Shown here one piece after another: positions 8,239 to 18,920 of a DNA stretch of 64,000 nt. The first letter of the stretch is position 1; each line of letters begins with the position of its first letter. The DNA comes from Candidatus Binataceae bacterium (GTDB lineage: Bacteria; Desulfobacterota; Binatia; Binatales; Binataceae), in NCBI GenBank assembly GCA_035626155.1, contig DASPOF010000070.1, forward strand, positions 12,619 to 76,618. The letters run 5' to 3'. The notes under the pieces are model-generated. The model did not search any database, was not told the DNA's origin, and saw only the letters and a program-made list of their open reading frames with translations. The translations under genes were made by a program, and so were the position numbers.

Positions 8239-10389
8239 TCAGCCGACGTCGGCCAGACTGAAGCCGAGCGAGAGCATGCGCCTGAGCGCCGCGCGCGCGC
8301 CTTCCGATGATGGACTCTCGAGGCGCGGGTCGCGGCGCAGCCACTCATCCGCCATCGTGCGCGCTTTTTCGATCAGACGCCAATCGCGAATCAGGTGCAC
8401 GAAACGCAGCGGAAGCGCGCCGGCCTGACGCGCACCGAGCAAATCGCCCGGCCCGCGCATCTTGAGATCGGCCTCGGCGACCTCGGCGCCGGTCGCGCAC
8501 GAGGCCATCACCCGGATGCGATCGCGCGCCTTCTCATCGGCGTCGCGCGATGCGACCAGGATGCATCGCGACGGCACAGCGCCGCGCCCTACCCTGCCCC
8601 GCAACTGATGCAGTTGGGCCAGCCCGTAACGCTCCGCCCCGACGATAACAATGACGGTCGCCTCGGGCACGTCGATTCCCACTTCGACCACGGTGGTGGA
8701 GACGAGCGCGTCGATGGCGCCATCGCGGAACTCGCGCATCACGCGATCCTTTTCTGCCGCGCGCATCCGCCCGTGCATCGTGCCCACCCTGAAATTCGCA
8801 AGCCGCCCGCGCGCCAGCCGCTTCGCCATCGCGGCGACGGAGCGAATTTCCTCCTCCGGGGAATCGATCATGGGGAGTACGTAATAGGCGCGATTGCCGC
8901 GCTCGATCTCCCCGCGGACGAGCGTGTCCACCCGCTCGAGGTCGTCCTCGGTGAAAATCTCGGTCGTGACCGGAGTTCGCCCGGGCGGAAGCTCATCGAG
9001 GAAGGAAACGTCCAGATTGGCGAAGAGGCTCATCGCGAGGCTTCGCGGAATCGGCGTCGCCGTCATCATCAGAACGTTTGCCGCCGGCCCAAGGGCTTTG
9101 AGCCGCGCCCGATCGAACACGCCGAAGCGATGCTGCTCGTCGATTACGCCGAGGCCGAGCTTTGCGATGCGCACGCGCTCCTGGATGAGCGCGTGAGTGC
9201 CGAAGACCATCGCGATAGCTCCTGAAGCCAGCCCGCGCAGAATCGAGGAGCGTGCCGAATCGCCGATGCCGCCCGTCAGCAAAGCGCTCGTGACCCCCAG
9301 CGAGCCGCACTGGCGTTGGAAGCTCGCAAAGTGCTGCTCGGCAAGCAATTCGGTGGGCGCCATCATCGCGGCCTGGTACCCGCACTCGACCGCGCGCAGC
9401 GCAGCCCAGAATGCGACCAACGTCTTCCCGCTGCCGACGTCGCCCATCAGCATCCGGTTCATCTGGCCCGGCTGCGCAAGGTCGGCGGCGATCTCATCGA
9501 TCGCGCACGCCTGCGATGCGGTCGGCGCAAACGGCAGCTCCCGGAGCCATCGCGTACTGAGGCTCAGCGCCTCGTCGAGGGCGATTCCTTTGCGCCGCGC
9601 GGATCGCGCCCGTTCGATCGAGAGCGCCAGCTCGAATGCGAACAGCTCGTCGAATCCGAGTGCGAGATGACCCGGCGATTCGCCATCCTGCAACAGATCC
9701 AGGTTCGCATCGGCCGGCGGGCTGTGGAGCATTCGCAAAGCCTCGCCAATTGGCAGGTACTCAGTGCGCAGATCGTCAGGCACCGCGCCCGAAATCTCAT
9801 GGCCGATCGCGTCGAGCGCCTGCGCGACAAGGTTCGAGAACAGGCGTTGCGGCACGCCAGCGGGCAGACCGTACACCGCTCGAATCGGCGGCGGCTCGCC
9901 GGATGACAGTGCGAACAATTCGGGCTGGACGATTTCGAGCGAGCCCTCGGAGTTCGCTGCGACGCGGCCGTGCGCAAGCACGCGATCGCCCGACGGCATC
10001 CGTCCCCGCATGTACGCGGGCAGATTGAACCACACGAGGCGGATTTGCGCGCCGCCGTCTTCGGTCAGCAATCCGCTGGCGAGCCGCCGCCACGGCGCGC
10101 CCCGCATCGGCCGTTCCTTGATGTCGCCGAGCTGTCCTTCGACGACAGCGATTGTTCCGGCCGCGAGATCGCGAAGCGCAACCCGCGCGCGCCAGTCCTG
10201 ATAGCGCGCAGGCAGATGAAACACGAGGTCCTGGAGCGTCGCGATACCGCGATCGGCAAGGGCGGCGGCGCGCTTGGGGCCGATTCCCGCGAGCGCGGCG
10301 ACCGGGGTATCGAGGGTCCACGGCGCAGGGCTGGCGCCCGCGCGGGCCTCGTCAGCCTTCCTTGCGGGCCGCTGTGAACTTGCGCGCAT
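8239..10389 (-). CDS. recG: ATP-dependent DNA helicase RecG.
   Basis: A wedge/OB N-terminus followed by helicase motifs (...MGDVGSGKT..., DEQHRFG, ...LMMTATPIPRS..., ...QLRGRVGRG...). 716 aa. Confidence 0.9.
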   Translation of the reverse strand: MRASSQRPARKADEARAGASPAPWTLDTPVAALAGIGPKRAAALADRGIATLQDLVFHLPARYQDWRARVALRDLAAGTIAVVEGQLGDIKERPMRGAPWRRLASGLLTEDGGAQIRLVWFNLPAYMRGRMPSGDRVLAHGRVAANSEGSLEIVQPELFALSSGEPPPIRAVYGLPAGVPQRLFSNLVAQALDAIGHEISGAVPDDLRTEYLPIGEALRMLHSPPADANLDLLQDGESPGHLALGFDELFAFELALSIERARSARRKGIALDEALSLSTRWLRELPFAPTASQACAIDEIAADLAQPGQMNRMLMGDVGSGKTLVAFWAALRAVECGYQAAMMAPTELLAEQHFASFQRQCGSLGVTSALLTGGIGDSARSSILRGLASGAIAMVFGTHALIQERVRIAKLGLGVIDEQHRFGVFDRARLKALGPAANVLMMTATPIPRSLAMSLFANLDVSFLDELPPGRTPVTTEIFTEDDLERVDTLVRGEIERGNRAYYVLPMIDSPEEEIRSVAAMAKRLARGRLANFRVGTMHGRMRAAEKDRVMREFRDGAIDALVSTTVVEVGIDVPEATVIVIVGAERYGLAQLHQLRGRVGRGAVPSRCILVASRDADEKARDRIRVMASCATGAEVAEADLKMRGPGDLLGARQAGALPLRFVHLIRDWRLIEKARTMADEWLRRDPRLESPSSEGARAALRRMLSLGFSLADVG

Positions 10390-10414
10390 CGGCTCTGGGA
10401 GCGGCCAAGGCGGA

Positions 10415-13400
10415 TCAGCGGGGATGATAATCCTGAAGGGCGCGGACTTCCATGCGCTCGCGCTTGAGAGCCTTGATTCCCTCGACCGCCGCCTGCGCGC
10501 CCGCCATCGTCGTGAAGTACGGCAGCCTGAGCTCCAGAGCGGTTCGCCGGATCGAAAACGAGTCCGCGGTGCCGCTCGCGTCGGGCGTGTTTATCACCAT
10601 CGCGATTTTGCCCTCGCGCATCCGATCGACCACGTGCGGACTGCCCTGCAAGACCTTATTGACCGGCTCGCACGGATGGCCGAGGCCCTCGATGTAACGC
10701 GCGGTGCCACGCGTCGCGATCAAATCAAAGCCCATCGCCGTGAGCCCGTCCACGATCGGGGCAAGCTCGGCCTTGTCTTCATCGCGCACGCTGATGAAGA
10801 CCCGGCCCGCAGCGGGCAGGTCCGAGGATGCGGCCAGCTCCGCCTTGGCGAAGGCCATCGCGAACGACATGTCGATGCCCATGACCTCGCCGGTCGATTT
10901 CATCTCGGGACCGAGAATGGTATCGACCCCCGGGAAGCGCGCGAACGGGAAGACGGATTCCTTGACCGCGAGGTGGACCGGCACGCGCTCGGTGGCGAAG
11001 CCGAGTTCGCGCAGCGTCTTTCCGGTCATGATTAGCGAGGCGAGTTTCGCGAGCGGGACGCCGATTGCTTTGCTCACGAACGGAATCGTGCGCGATGCTC
11101 TCGGGTTCACCTCGAGGATGTAAATCTCGCCGCGATAAATCGCGTACTGGACGTTGATCAGCCCGACGACGCCGAGTTCGCGCGCGAGCATCCGGGTCTG
11201 ATCCGCAAGCCCGCGCTGGATCTCGGGCGTGAGCGTTCGTGGCGGCAGGACGCACGCGCTGTCTCCCGAGTGGATCCCGGCATGTTCCACGTGCTCCATG
11301 ATTCCGCCGATCACGACCGTCTCTCCGTCCGAGATCGCGTCCACATCGACCTCGATCGCGCCGTCGAGATATCGGTCGATCAGCAGCGGATGGCGCTCGG
11401 AGGCTTCGAAAGCCTGCGCGACGTAACGGCGCAGCGCCGACTCGTCGACAATCACTTCCATCGCGCGCCCGCCGAGCACGTAGGAGGGCCGGATGAGAAC
11501 CGGGTAGCCGATTCGCGCCGCTCCCCTGACGGCCTCATCGAGGCTGCGCGCGAGCACCCCTTTGGGCTGCCTGAGACCGAGCTTTTCCACCAGTACGTTG
11601 AAGCGCTCGCGATCCTCGGCGCGATCGATCGCATCGGGACTCGTGCCGAGAATCGCAACGCCGGCCTTCGCGAGCGGCACCGCCAGCTTGAGCGGCGTCT
11701 GCCCTCCGAATTGCACGATCACGCCGAGCGGCTTCTCGCGCTCGGCGATCGCGATGACATCCTCGAACGTGAGCGGCTCGAAGTAGAGGCGGTCCGAGAC
11801 GTCGTAGTCGGTCGAGACGGTTTCGGGATTGCAGTTGACCATGATCGTCTCGAAGCCCGCCTCCTTGAGTGCGAGGCTCGCGTGGACGCAGCAATAGTCG
11901 AACTCGATCCCCTGCCCTATCCGGTTCGGCCCGCCGCCGAGAATCATCACCTTGCGCCGGTCATCGGGCGGTGCTTCGTCCTCGCCTTCGTATGTCGAGT
12001 AGAGATACGGCGTGTACGCCTGGAACTCGGCGCCGCAGGTATCGACTGTCTTGAAGACCGGCATCACGCCCGACTCGCGCCGGCGTGCGGCGATCTCCGG
12101 CTCGTCCGTTCGCCTGAGATCGGCGATTCGCCGATCGGAAAATCCCATCGCCTTGAATTCGCGGAAGTACTCGGCCGAAAGCGGCTCGCTCGCGGCGCGG
12201 CGCTCCGCCTGAACGATTCGCGCGATGCCGTCGATGAACCACGGATCGATCTTCGTGAGTTCGTACGCCTCGGCCTCCGACATCCCCAGGCGCAGCGCGT
12301 CGGCCAGATGGTGCAGTCGGTGGCTGCTCGGCATCGCGATGCGGGCGCGGAGCGCCTCCAGCGCGCGCTCACGGCCCTGCTCTGCAAGCGTGCTCTCCAG
12401 TCCGTAGGAGCCGATCTCAAGCGACCGCAGCGCCTTTTGAAGGGATTCCGTGAACGTGCGGCCGATCGCCATCACCTCGCCCACCGACTTCATCTGCGGG
12501 CCCAGCTCGTCAACGGCGCCACGGAATTTTTCGAACGTGAAGCGCGGAATTTTGGTGACGACGTAATCGATGGTCGGCTCGAAGCAGGCGGGCGTCATCC
12601 TGGTGATGTCGTTGGGGATTTCATCGAGCCGGTAGCCGACGGCGAGACGCGCCGCAATCTTCGCGATCGGGAAGCCGGTCGCCTTCGATGCGAGCGCCGA
12701 GCTGCGCGACACGCGCGGGTTCATCTCGATCACCACCATGCGCCCGGTGCGCGGCTCGATCGCGAACTGGATGTTCGAGCCGCCCGTGTCCACGCCGATT
12801 TCGCGGATGATCCTCTGCGCGGCATCGCGCATGAGCTGATATTCCTTGTCGGTCAGCGTCTGGGCGGGCGCGATCGTGATCGAGTCGCCGGTGTGCACGC
12901 CCATCGGATCGAGGTTCTCGATCGAGCAGACGATCACGACGTTGTCGGCGCAATCGCGCATCACTTCGAGCTCGAATTCCTTCCACCCCTCGATTGATTC
13001 CTCGAGCAGCACTTCGTGGCTTGGCGAGATATCGAGTCCCCATGCGACCCTGGAACGGAATTCGCCCTCGGTGCGCGCGATCGATCCGCCGGTGCCGCCG
13101 AGCGTGCGCGAGGGGCGGATAATCAGCGGCAGGCCGAGCGTTGCGCGAACGCCCTCGGCATCGTCCAATGAGTGCGCGATCGCGGAGCGCGGAACCTCGA
13201 GCCCGATATTGAGCATCGCGCGCTTGAACAGCTCGCGGTCCTCGGCCTTCTTGATCGCGTCGAGCCGCGCGCCGATAAGCTCGCAGCCGTAGCGCTCGAG
13301 CACACCCGACTCGGACAGCTCGATCGCGAGATTGAGCGCAGTCTGCCCGCCAACCGTCGGCAGCAGAGCGCCGGGCCGCTCGCGCTCGATGATTCGGGCG

Positions 13401-13621
13401 ATCGAGCCTGCGGTCATCGGCTCGATATAAGTGCGATCGGCCAGCTCGGGGTCGGTCATAATCGTGGCGGGATTGGAGTTGATCAGGATCAGGCGCAGGC
13501 CTTCCTGGCGAAGCGCCCGAAGCGCCTGCGTGCCTGAGTAATCGAACTCGCACGCCTGGCCGATCACGATCGGTCCCGACCCAATCAGCAGAACTGATTT
13601 GAGATCTTTGCGAAGCGGCAC
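10415..13621 (-). CDS. carB: Carbamoyl-phosphate synthase large subunit.
   Basis: 1068 aa with duplicated ATP-grasp halves (...[23 protein letters not shown]... and ...[23 protein letters not shown]...) and a C-terminal MGS-like domain. Confidence 0.95.
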   Translation of the reverse strand: MPLRKDLKSVLLIGSGPIVIGQACEFDYSGTQALRALRQEGLRLILINSNPATIMTDPELADRTYIEPMTAGSIARIIERERPGALLPTVGGQTALNLAIELSESGVLERYGCELIGARLDAIKKAEDRELFKRAMLNIGLEVPRSAIAHSLDDAEGVRATLGLPLIIRPSRTLGGTGGSIARTEGEFRSRVAWGLDISPSHEVLLEESIEGWKEFELEVMRDCADNVVIVCSIENLDPMGVHTGDSITIAPAQTLTDKEYQLMRDAAQRIIREIGVDTGGSNIQFAIEPRTGRMVVIEMNPRVSRSSALASKATGFPIAKIAARLAVGYRLDEIPNDITRMTPACFEPTIDYVVTKIPRFTFEKFRGAVDELGPQMKSVGEVMAIGRTFTESLQKALRSLEIGSYGLESTLAEQGRERALEALRARIAMPSSHRLHHLADALRLGMSEAEAYELTKIDPWFIDGIARIVQAERRAASEPLSAEYFREFKAMGFSDRRIADLRRTDEPEIAARRRESGVMPVFKTVDTCGAEFQAYTPYLYSTYEGEDEAPPDDRRKVMILGGGPNRIGQGIEFDYCCVHASLALKEAGFETIMVNCNPETVSTDYDVSDRLYFEPLTFEDVIAIAEREKPLGVIVQFGGQTPLKLAVPLAKAGVAILGTSPDAIDRAEDRERFNVLVEKLGLRQPKGVLARSLDEAVRGAARIGYPVLIRPSYVLGGRAMEVIVDESALRRYVAQAFEASERHPLLIDRYLDGAIEVDVDAISDGETVVIGGIMEHVEHAGIHSGDSACVLPPRTLTPEIQRGLADQTRMLARELGVVGLINVQYAIYRGEIYILEVNPRASRTIPFVSKAIGVPLAKLASLIMTGKTLRELGFATERVPVHLAVKESVFPFARFPGVDTILGPEMKSTGEVMGIDMSFAMAFAKAELAASSDLPAAGRVFISVRDEDKAELAPIVDGLTAMGFDLIATRGTARYIEGLGHPCEPVNKVLQGSPHVVDRMREGKIAMVINTPDASGTADSFSIRRTALELRLPYFTTMAGAQAAVEGIKALKRERMEVRALQDYHPR

Positions 13622-13673
13622 TTCAGATTTCCCGGCACTCCCGGTTCGCGGCCTTACGCCGCGCGCCGGCGAG

Positions 13674-14876
13674 TCAGTTTTTCCTCACCGCCTCCTCGGC
13701 GGCTATGCGTTCGATGGATTCGGCGCCGTAGCGCGGGAATAGCTCCACCATCCGTTTGAATCGCGCGAACAGGTAATTCGAGTCGTGCGGACCGGGCGAT
13801 GCCTCCGGATGGTACTGCACTGAGAAAAAAGGGACGCCGCGCCCGCGCAATCCCTCGACGGTTCGATCGTTCAGATTGAGATGAGATAGGTCGGCCCGCT
13901 CCTTGACCGACTCGGCCTCCACCGCGAAGCCGTGATTCTGCGCGGTGATTTCGACCCGCCCGGTGCGAAGATCCATCACCGGATGATTCGCGCCGTGATG
14001 GCCGAAGTCGAGCTTGTAGGTGCGTCCGCCCAGCGCGAGACCGAGAATCTGGTGGCCGAGGCAAATCCCGAAAATTGGCTTGCGCCCCAGCACTCCCGCA
14101 ACCGCGTTGTACGCATACGGAAGCGCCGCCGGGTCCGCCGGGCCGTTGGAGAGGAAAATGCCGTCGGGCTGGTGCGAGAGGATCTGCTCCGCAGTCGACG
14201 ATGCGGGCAGCACGCGCACTCTGAAGCCGGTCGATACGAGCCGGCGCAATATGTTGAGCTTGATCCCGTAATCCAGCGCGACGACCAACGGCGCATCGCG
14301 AAGTTCGCCGCGCCCGCGACGGGCATAGCCCCGGCCCAACTCCCATCCGCCGATTTCCCAATCGTACGGCTCGGCGCAGGTGACTTCCTTGACGAGATCG
14401 CGTCCAACGAGCCCTGGCGATGCTTTCGCTTTGCGCACCAGCGCGTCGCTGTCGAGGTCGGTGCTGGAGATGACCGCCTCCTGCGCGCCGTGAGTGCGGA
14501 TATGGCGGACCAGCGCGCGTGTGTCGATTCCTTCGATCCCGACGATGCCCGCCTGAGCGAGATATTCCCCCAGCGGCATCTCGGAGCGCCAGTTCGACGG
14601 ACGCTGCCAGCATTCCTTGACGATGAAGCCATCGACGTAGACGCGCCGCGATTCGACGTCCTCGCGGTTCACGCCGACATTTCCGATTTCGGGATACGTC
14701 ATGCAGACGAGCTGGCCCTTGTAGGACGGGTCGGTGAGAATTTCCTGGTATCCGGTCATCGCGGTGTTGAACACGACCTCGCCGACCGTCTCGCCGATCG
14801 CGCCAAAGGCGCGCCCTCGGAAGACGCGCCCATCGGCAAGGGCGAGAATCGCGTCGCGTCGTGCGCCCGTACTCAT
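13674..14876 (-). CDS. carA: Carbamoyl-phosphate synthase small (glutaminase) subunit.
   Basis: ...[21 protein letters not shown]... with the GATase triad region ...GICLGHQ.... Its start overlaps the pyrC stop by 4 nt. Confidence 0.95.
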   Translation of the reverse strand: MSTGARRDAILALADGRVFRGRAFGAIGETVGEVVFNTAMTGYQEILTDPSYKGQLVCMTYPEIGNVGVNREDVESRRVYVDGFIVKECWQRPSNWRSEMPLGEYLAQAGIVGIEGIDTRALVRHIRTHGAQEAVISSTDLDSDALVRKAKASPGLVGRDLVKEVTCAEPYDWEIGGWELGRGYARRGRGELRDAPLVVALDYGIKLNILRRLVSTGFRVRVLPASSTAEQILSHQPDGIFLSNGPADPAALPYAYNAVAGVLGRKPIFGICLGHQILGLALGGRTYKLDFGHHGANHPVMDLRTGRVEITAQNHGFAVEAESVKERADLSHLNLNDRTVEGLRGRGVPFFSVQYHPEASPGPHDSNYLFARFKRMVELFPRYGAESIERIAAEEAVRKN

Positions 14877-16240
14877 CGCAGTTCACCTCGCCGTCCGTCG
14901 AACACGATCTCACCGCCGACGATGGTCATCACCGCCCTCCCCTTAAGCCGCATCCCCGCGAACGGCGTATTGCGGCTGCGCGACAGGAATCGCTCCGGCT
15001 CCACCGTCCATTCGAGATTCGGGTCAACCACCGTAATGTCCGCGGGCGCTTCCACGGCCAGCGTGCCAGCCTCGAGCCTGAGCAGCGCTGCGGGATTTAC
15101 CGACATGAGTTCGACCAATCGCCCCGCGCCAATCAAACCACAATGCACGAGGCCGAGCGCAAGGCCAAGGGCGGTCTCCAACCCCACGACGCCGTTGGCC
15201 GATTGCGCGAATATCGCCGCGACATCGGGCGCGAGCCGCTCGGCGTCGCGCGCGGGATTGAAGTACCCGGCCAGGGCATCGAGGCGCTTCGATGCGGGGT
15301 CGTGCGGCGCGTGATCGGTCGCAATCATATCGATGCCGCCGTGGCCGATTGCATCGCGGAGCGCATCCACGTCATCGCGGCTTCGAAGCGGCGGGTTCAT
15401 CTTCGCGTTCGGGCCCCATCGCAGCGCCGCGCTCTCATCGAGCGCAAAGTGATGCGGCGTTACTTCGCACGTGACGCGCGCGCCGCGCTTGCGCGCAGCC
15501 GCAACCAACTCGACCGACTCGCGCGTCGAGACATGCGCGATGTGGACCGCGGCTTCGGTTCCGATCGCAAGCGAGAGATCGCGCCTCACCCGCTCCGACT
15601 CGGCAGGCCCACTGTAACCGTGAACGCCGAGGCGCTCGGCGACGGCGCCCGCGTTGACCGCGCCTTCGTCCGAGAGCGAGCGCTCTTCCTCATGGAGTGA
15701 GATCGCGAAGCCCAGTTGGTTGATTTCATCCATCGCGCGCGACAGAACCGCGGCGTCATCTACCGGGATGCCGTCGTCCGAGAACAGGCGCGCCCCCGCC
15801 GCGGCCATCGCGGCATAATCGACCGTCTCGGCTCCGCTAAGCCCTCGCGTTACCGCCGAGACCGGAACCAGCCGCGTGGAGCGCGCCTCAGCGGCGCGTT
15901 CGAGCATGTACCGGGTAATCTCGCGCGTGTCGTTCACGGGCGACGTGTTCGCCATCGCGGCAACGGTGGTAAAGCCGCCCGCCGCTGCGGCGCGCAGGCC
16001 GCTCGCGATGGTCTCCTTCTGGGGGAAGCCCGGATCGCGCAGATGGACGTGCGGATCGATTAGTCCCGGCAGCACCCACCATCCGGTCGCATCGATGACC
16101 GCCGCCCCATCGCCGCCGCGCAGCGACCCGGGGCGATCGACGGCTTCGATCTTTCCGTCGACCACCAGGACATCCGATGCGGCGTCGATTCCTGATGCGG
16201 GATCGACCACGCGGCCGGCCTTCAACAAAAGCGGTCTCAT
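14873..16240 (-). CDS. pyrC: Dihydroorotase.
   Basis: [13 protein letters not shown]...[15 protein letters not shown].... I verified an ATG at 16240 in the sequence, and it makes an ATGA overlap with the pyrB* stop. The upstream extension of the ORF is rejected. Confidence 0.9.
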   Translation of the reverse strand: MRPLLLKAGRVVDPASGIDAASDVLVVDGKIEAVDRPGSLRGGDGAAVIDATGWWVLPGLIDPHVHLRDPGFPQKETIASGLRAAAAGGFTTVAAMANTSPVNDTREITRYMLERAAEARSTRLVPVSAVTRGLSGAETVDYAAMAAAGARLFSDDGIPVDDAAVLSRAMDEINQLGFAISLHEEERSLSDEGAVNAGAVAERLGVHGYSGPAESERVRRDLSLAIGTEAAVHIAHVSTRESVELVAAARKRGARVTCEVTPHHFALDESAALRWGPNAKMNPPLRSRDDVDALRDAIGHGGIDMIATDHAPHDPASKRLDALAGYFNPARDAERLAPDVAAIFAQSANGVVGLETALGLALGLVHCGLIGAGRLVELMSVNPAALLRLEAGTLAVEAPADITVVDPNLEWTVEPERFLSRSRNTPFAGMRLKGRAVMTIVGGEIVFDGRRGELR

Positions 16241-18183
16241 CCCGCATGCTCCGGCGCCTTGAGCGGCTCGACCATCGAGTAAATCGTCGCGCGGTCGTGC
16301 GCCTTGCGCCTGGCATCCGGCGCGGGCGGCTCCAGGCGCACCTGGACGCGCTCGAAGCGGGAGGTCGGGATGTTCTTGCCGACGTAGTTGGCGCGAATCG
16401 GAACGGCGCGATGGCCGCGGTCGATCAGCACCGCGAGCTTGACCGCGGCCGGCCGTCCATGGCGCCAGATGGTCGCCATCGCCCGCTGCACCGTCCATCC
16501 GCTGTTGATCACGTCGTCCACGAGCACGATCGTACGACCCTCGGCATCGAACTTCTCGGCGCCGTCGAGCGGATGAACCGTCTCGGCCGGTCCGTAGATG
16601 TCGACCGCAGCGCTCGGCAGCCGCACGCCGGAGCCCGCCTCGATCAGGTCGCGGATCCGCATCGCCAGTTGCGCGCCGCGACTCACGACGCCCACGATCG
16701 ACACGCCCGCCAAATCCGGCAGGTCCGCGGTAATTTGCGCGGCGAGCGACTCGACCGCGTGCGCAATTTCATCGGCGTCCATGACCTCGCGCTGCGGGCC
16801 GCGCTTGTAAGGCTCGAAGCCGTTCTCCTCGGCCTGTTTGACGTTCTCGAACACGGCAAGCGAGCCTTCATCGATCCACTGGCGGACGTAACCGTAGAGG
16901 CTCTCGTCGTACGCGTAATAGCGATGGGACCGGACGTGCCCGACGAACTCGGCGCGAAGCTCCCGCTCGCAGAAGTCGCATCGGAGCCGAAACTCGGCGC
17001 GCGTGACGGTCGGAGCCAGAGTGAAGCGGGGATGCAGGTAGGCGCCCTCGAAACGCGTGATGCAATTCGAGTTTGCGCATCGAGGGGACGGCTCGGCCTT
17101 GAATCGAATCGCCTCGCCTGTTGGAGCGCGGGGCGAGCGCCGCTCGCCTGCCTGTTCGATCATTCGGGCAATCAGCGCCATCCTGACCGGTACGCCGGCC
17201 GCGGCCTGCTCGAAGTACACGGCGCGCGGGTCGGTGTCGAGTTCGTATGCGAGTTCGCTGGTGCGCGGCAGCGGATGCATGACGACGGCTTCCTGCGTGC
17301 GATGCGTCCTCAGCGCGCGCGCATCGAAGTGGACGTACTCGGCGGGCTTCATTTCCTGGCCCGACAGCCGCTCCTTCTGAAGCCGCGTCACGTAGAACGC
17401 ATCGAGGGCCGCCGGCGGCTCTTTGGTGGGAAGTTTGTCGATTTGGACCTCACCGGTGAACAGCGCCATCTGGTGCGGCGCGCTCGGCGTCAGGTACAGC
17501 GCGTCGAGACCGCCGGCCAGCGACTTGAGTTCATCGATCGTCACGGTCGAAAAGCTGTAGTTGCGCTCCGCGGCCAGGCGCTCGAGCACGTAATCGGGCA
17601 CATCCATCCCGCTGGTCGGGACGGCGACGATGTTCGCGCCGAAGCGCGCGAGCGCATAGATCAGCGAATGCACGGTGCGGCCGAACTTGAGATCGCCGCA
17701 CAGCGCCACCGTCAGTCCCTTGAGCCTGCCCTTCTTGCGGCGCAGCACGTAGAGGTCGCAAAGCGTTTGCGTGGGATGTTCGCGGCTGCCGTCGCCGGCG
17801 TTGATGATCGGGCACGGCGCGTACTCGGCGGCTACGCGCGCGGCGCCGTCGTGCGGATGGCGAAGCACGATCAGGTCGGCGTACCCGGAGACCACGCGGA
17901 CCGTGTCGGCGAGACTTTCTCCCTTGGCGGCGGAGCTGGCCTGCATGTCGGCGGAGCTGATCACCGCGCCGCCCAGCCGATGCATCGCGGACTCGAAGCT
18001 CAGGCGCGTGCGCGTCGATGGTTCGTAGAAGAGCGTCGCCATGATGAGGCCGCTTGCCAGTGAAACACTCTCGCCGCGCCCGAGCGCCTCGGAGAACTGG
18101 TCGGCGAGCGCGAAGATGCGCTCGATTTCGGGGATCGCAAGATCCTCGATCGAGACGATGTCCGATTTTGGAACCCGCGCCAT
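16237..18183 (-). CDS. pyrB: A tri-domain fusion of 648 aa. Residues 1 to about 375 are an aspartate carbamoyltransferase catalytic chain. Next comes a PyrI-type zinc-binding domain (CANSNCIT...CDFCERE). The C-terminus is a PyrR/uracil-PRTase-like domain.
   Basis: N-terminus: ...ATLFYEPSTRTRLSFESAMHRLGG...HPTQTLCDLY.... Middle: PRCANSNCITRFEGAYLHPRFTLAPTVTRAEFRLRCDFCERELRAEF, compared with E. coli PyrI CPNSNCISH...KCKYCEKEF. C-terminus: ...RTIVLVDDVINSGWTVQRAMATI...LIDRGHRAVPIRANYVGKNIPTSRFERVQV..., compared with PyrR ...VILVDDVLYTGRTVRA...[21 protein letters not shown].... It is one uninterrupted ORF in the supplied track. Confidence 0.85.
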   Translation of the reverse strand: MARVPKSDIVSIEDLAIPEIERIFALADQFSEALGRGESVSLASGLIMATLFYEPSTRTRLSFESAMHRLGGAVISSADMQASSAAKGESLADTVRVVSGYADLIVLRHPHDGAARVAAEYAPCPIINAGDGSREHPTQTLCDLYVLRRKKGRLKGLTVALCGDLKFGRTVHSLIYALARFGANIVAVPTSGMDVPDYVLERLAAERNYSFSTVTIDELKSLAGGLDALYLTPSAPHQMALFTGEVQIDKLPTKEPPAALDAFYVTRLQKERLSGQEMKPAEYVHFDARALRTHRTQEAVVMHPLPRTSELAYELDTDPRAVYFEQAAAGVPVRMALIARMIEQAGERRSPRAPTGEAIRFKAEPSPRCANSNCITRFEGAYLHPRFTLAPTVTRAEFRLRCDFCERELRAEFVGHVRSHRYYAYDESLYGYVRQWIDEGSLAVFENVKQAEENGFEPYKRGPQREVMDADEIAHAVESLAAQITADLPDLAGVSIVGVVSRGAQLAMRIRDLIEAGSGVRLPSAAVDIYGPAETVHPLDGAEKFDAEGRTIVLVDDVINSGWTVQRAMATIWRHGRPAAVKLAVLIDRGHRAVPIRANYVGKNIPTSRFERVQVRLEPPAPDARRKAHDRATIYSMVEPLKAPEHAG

Positions 18184-18218
18184 CTCAGTTTTCCGCGCTT
18201 ATACGACGCGCATCCTGG

Positions 18219-18761
18219 TTACTTGCCGTTTCCGATCACGACCCCGTCGGCGCCGTCGAGCTCCGTAAGACGGACGTAAACGCGCCGGCCCTGCGGAGCG
18301 GCGACGTTCTTGCCCACGAAATCCGCGCGAATAGGGAGTTGATGCTCGCCGCGATCGACGAGCACCGCCAGCTCGATCGACGCTGCACGCCCGAGGTCCG
18401 AGAGCGCATCGAGCGCCGCCCGCACCGTGCGCCCCGTGTAAAGCACGTCGTCCACCAGCACGACGCGCTTGCCGTCGAGAGAAAACGGGATATTGCGCGC
18501 GAGCAGGCGGGGATCGCCAGGCGCGCCTTTGCCGTCGTCGCGGTAGGAGGAGATGTCGAGGGTGCCGACCAACACCGAGCGTTTCTGGTTGGCGCCAAGC
18601 TCGGCGGCAATTCGCTCCGCCAGGTACGCGCCGCGGCGGATTATCCCGACCAGGACGAGGTTTTCGATGCCGCCGTTGCGCTCCGCGATCTCGTGCGCGA
18701 TACGCTTCACGGTGCGCCCCACCTGCGCTGCGTCGAGCGCCACCTCCGGTTTCGCGTTCAT
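18219..18761 (-). CDS. pyrR: Bifunctional pyrimidine operon regulator and uracil phosphoribosyltransferase PyrR (canonical, stand-alone copy).
   Basis: MNAKPEVALDAAQVGRTVKRIAHEIAERNGGIENLVLVGIIRRGAYLAERIA...VVLVDDVLYTGRTVRAALDAL...LVDRGEHQLPIRADFVGKN.... I chose the start at MNAKP, which aligns with the B. subtilis PyrR N-terminus. The ORF extends to 18815 through the terminator. Confidence 0.85.
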   Translation of the reverse strand: MNAKPEVALDAAQVGRTVKRIAHEIAERNGGIENLVLVGIIRRGAYLAERIAAELGANQKRSVLVGTLDISSYRDDGKGAPGDPRLLARNIPFSLDGKRVVLVDDVLYTGRTVRAALDALSDLGRAASIELAVLVDRGEHQLPIRADFVGKNVAAPQGRRVYVRLTELDGADGVVIGNGK

Positions 18762-18771
18762 GATTTGGGCG

Positions 18772-18804
18772 AAAAAAAACCCCGACCGCCGAAGCAGCCG
18801 GAGT
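18772..18804 (-). terminator. Intrinsic terminator, or a PyrR-type transcription attenuator, immediately 5' of pyrR.
   Basis: Minus-strand RNA reads CCGGCUGC-UUCG-GCGGUCGG-GG-UUUUUUUU. This is an 8-bp stem with two G-U pairs and a UUCG tetraloop, then a U8 run ending 10 nt before the pyrR AUG. A further hairpin CCGUCACGGGAUGACGG lies upstream in the leader. Confidence 0.5.
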
Positions 18805-18920
18805 CCGTTATGCAAAAGTCCATTGTTCCAACCTTTCCGTCATCCCGTGACGGATTAAAGGTTAATTATTTTTTACCGGCCGGGCCGGACCCGGTCAAGC
18901 GGGGCCGCGGGCGGCGGCCG

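Noticed and set aside
11270-12997. A 575-aa plus-strand ORF, along with many other ORFs of 60-300 aa between 10.4 and 13.6 kb.
   Set aside because: It is antisense to or out of frame with carB, whose 1068-aa product is unambiguous.
12621-14913. Minus-strand ORFs of 310 aa and 419 aa.
   Set aside because: They lie on the same strand as carB and carA but in alternative frames. They are Arg-rich shadow ORFs.
16177-18063. A 628-aa plus-strand ORF.
   Set aside because: It is antisense to the pyrB fusion gene and has no recognisable domains.
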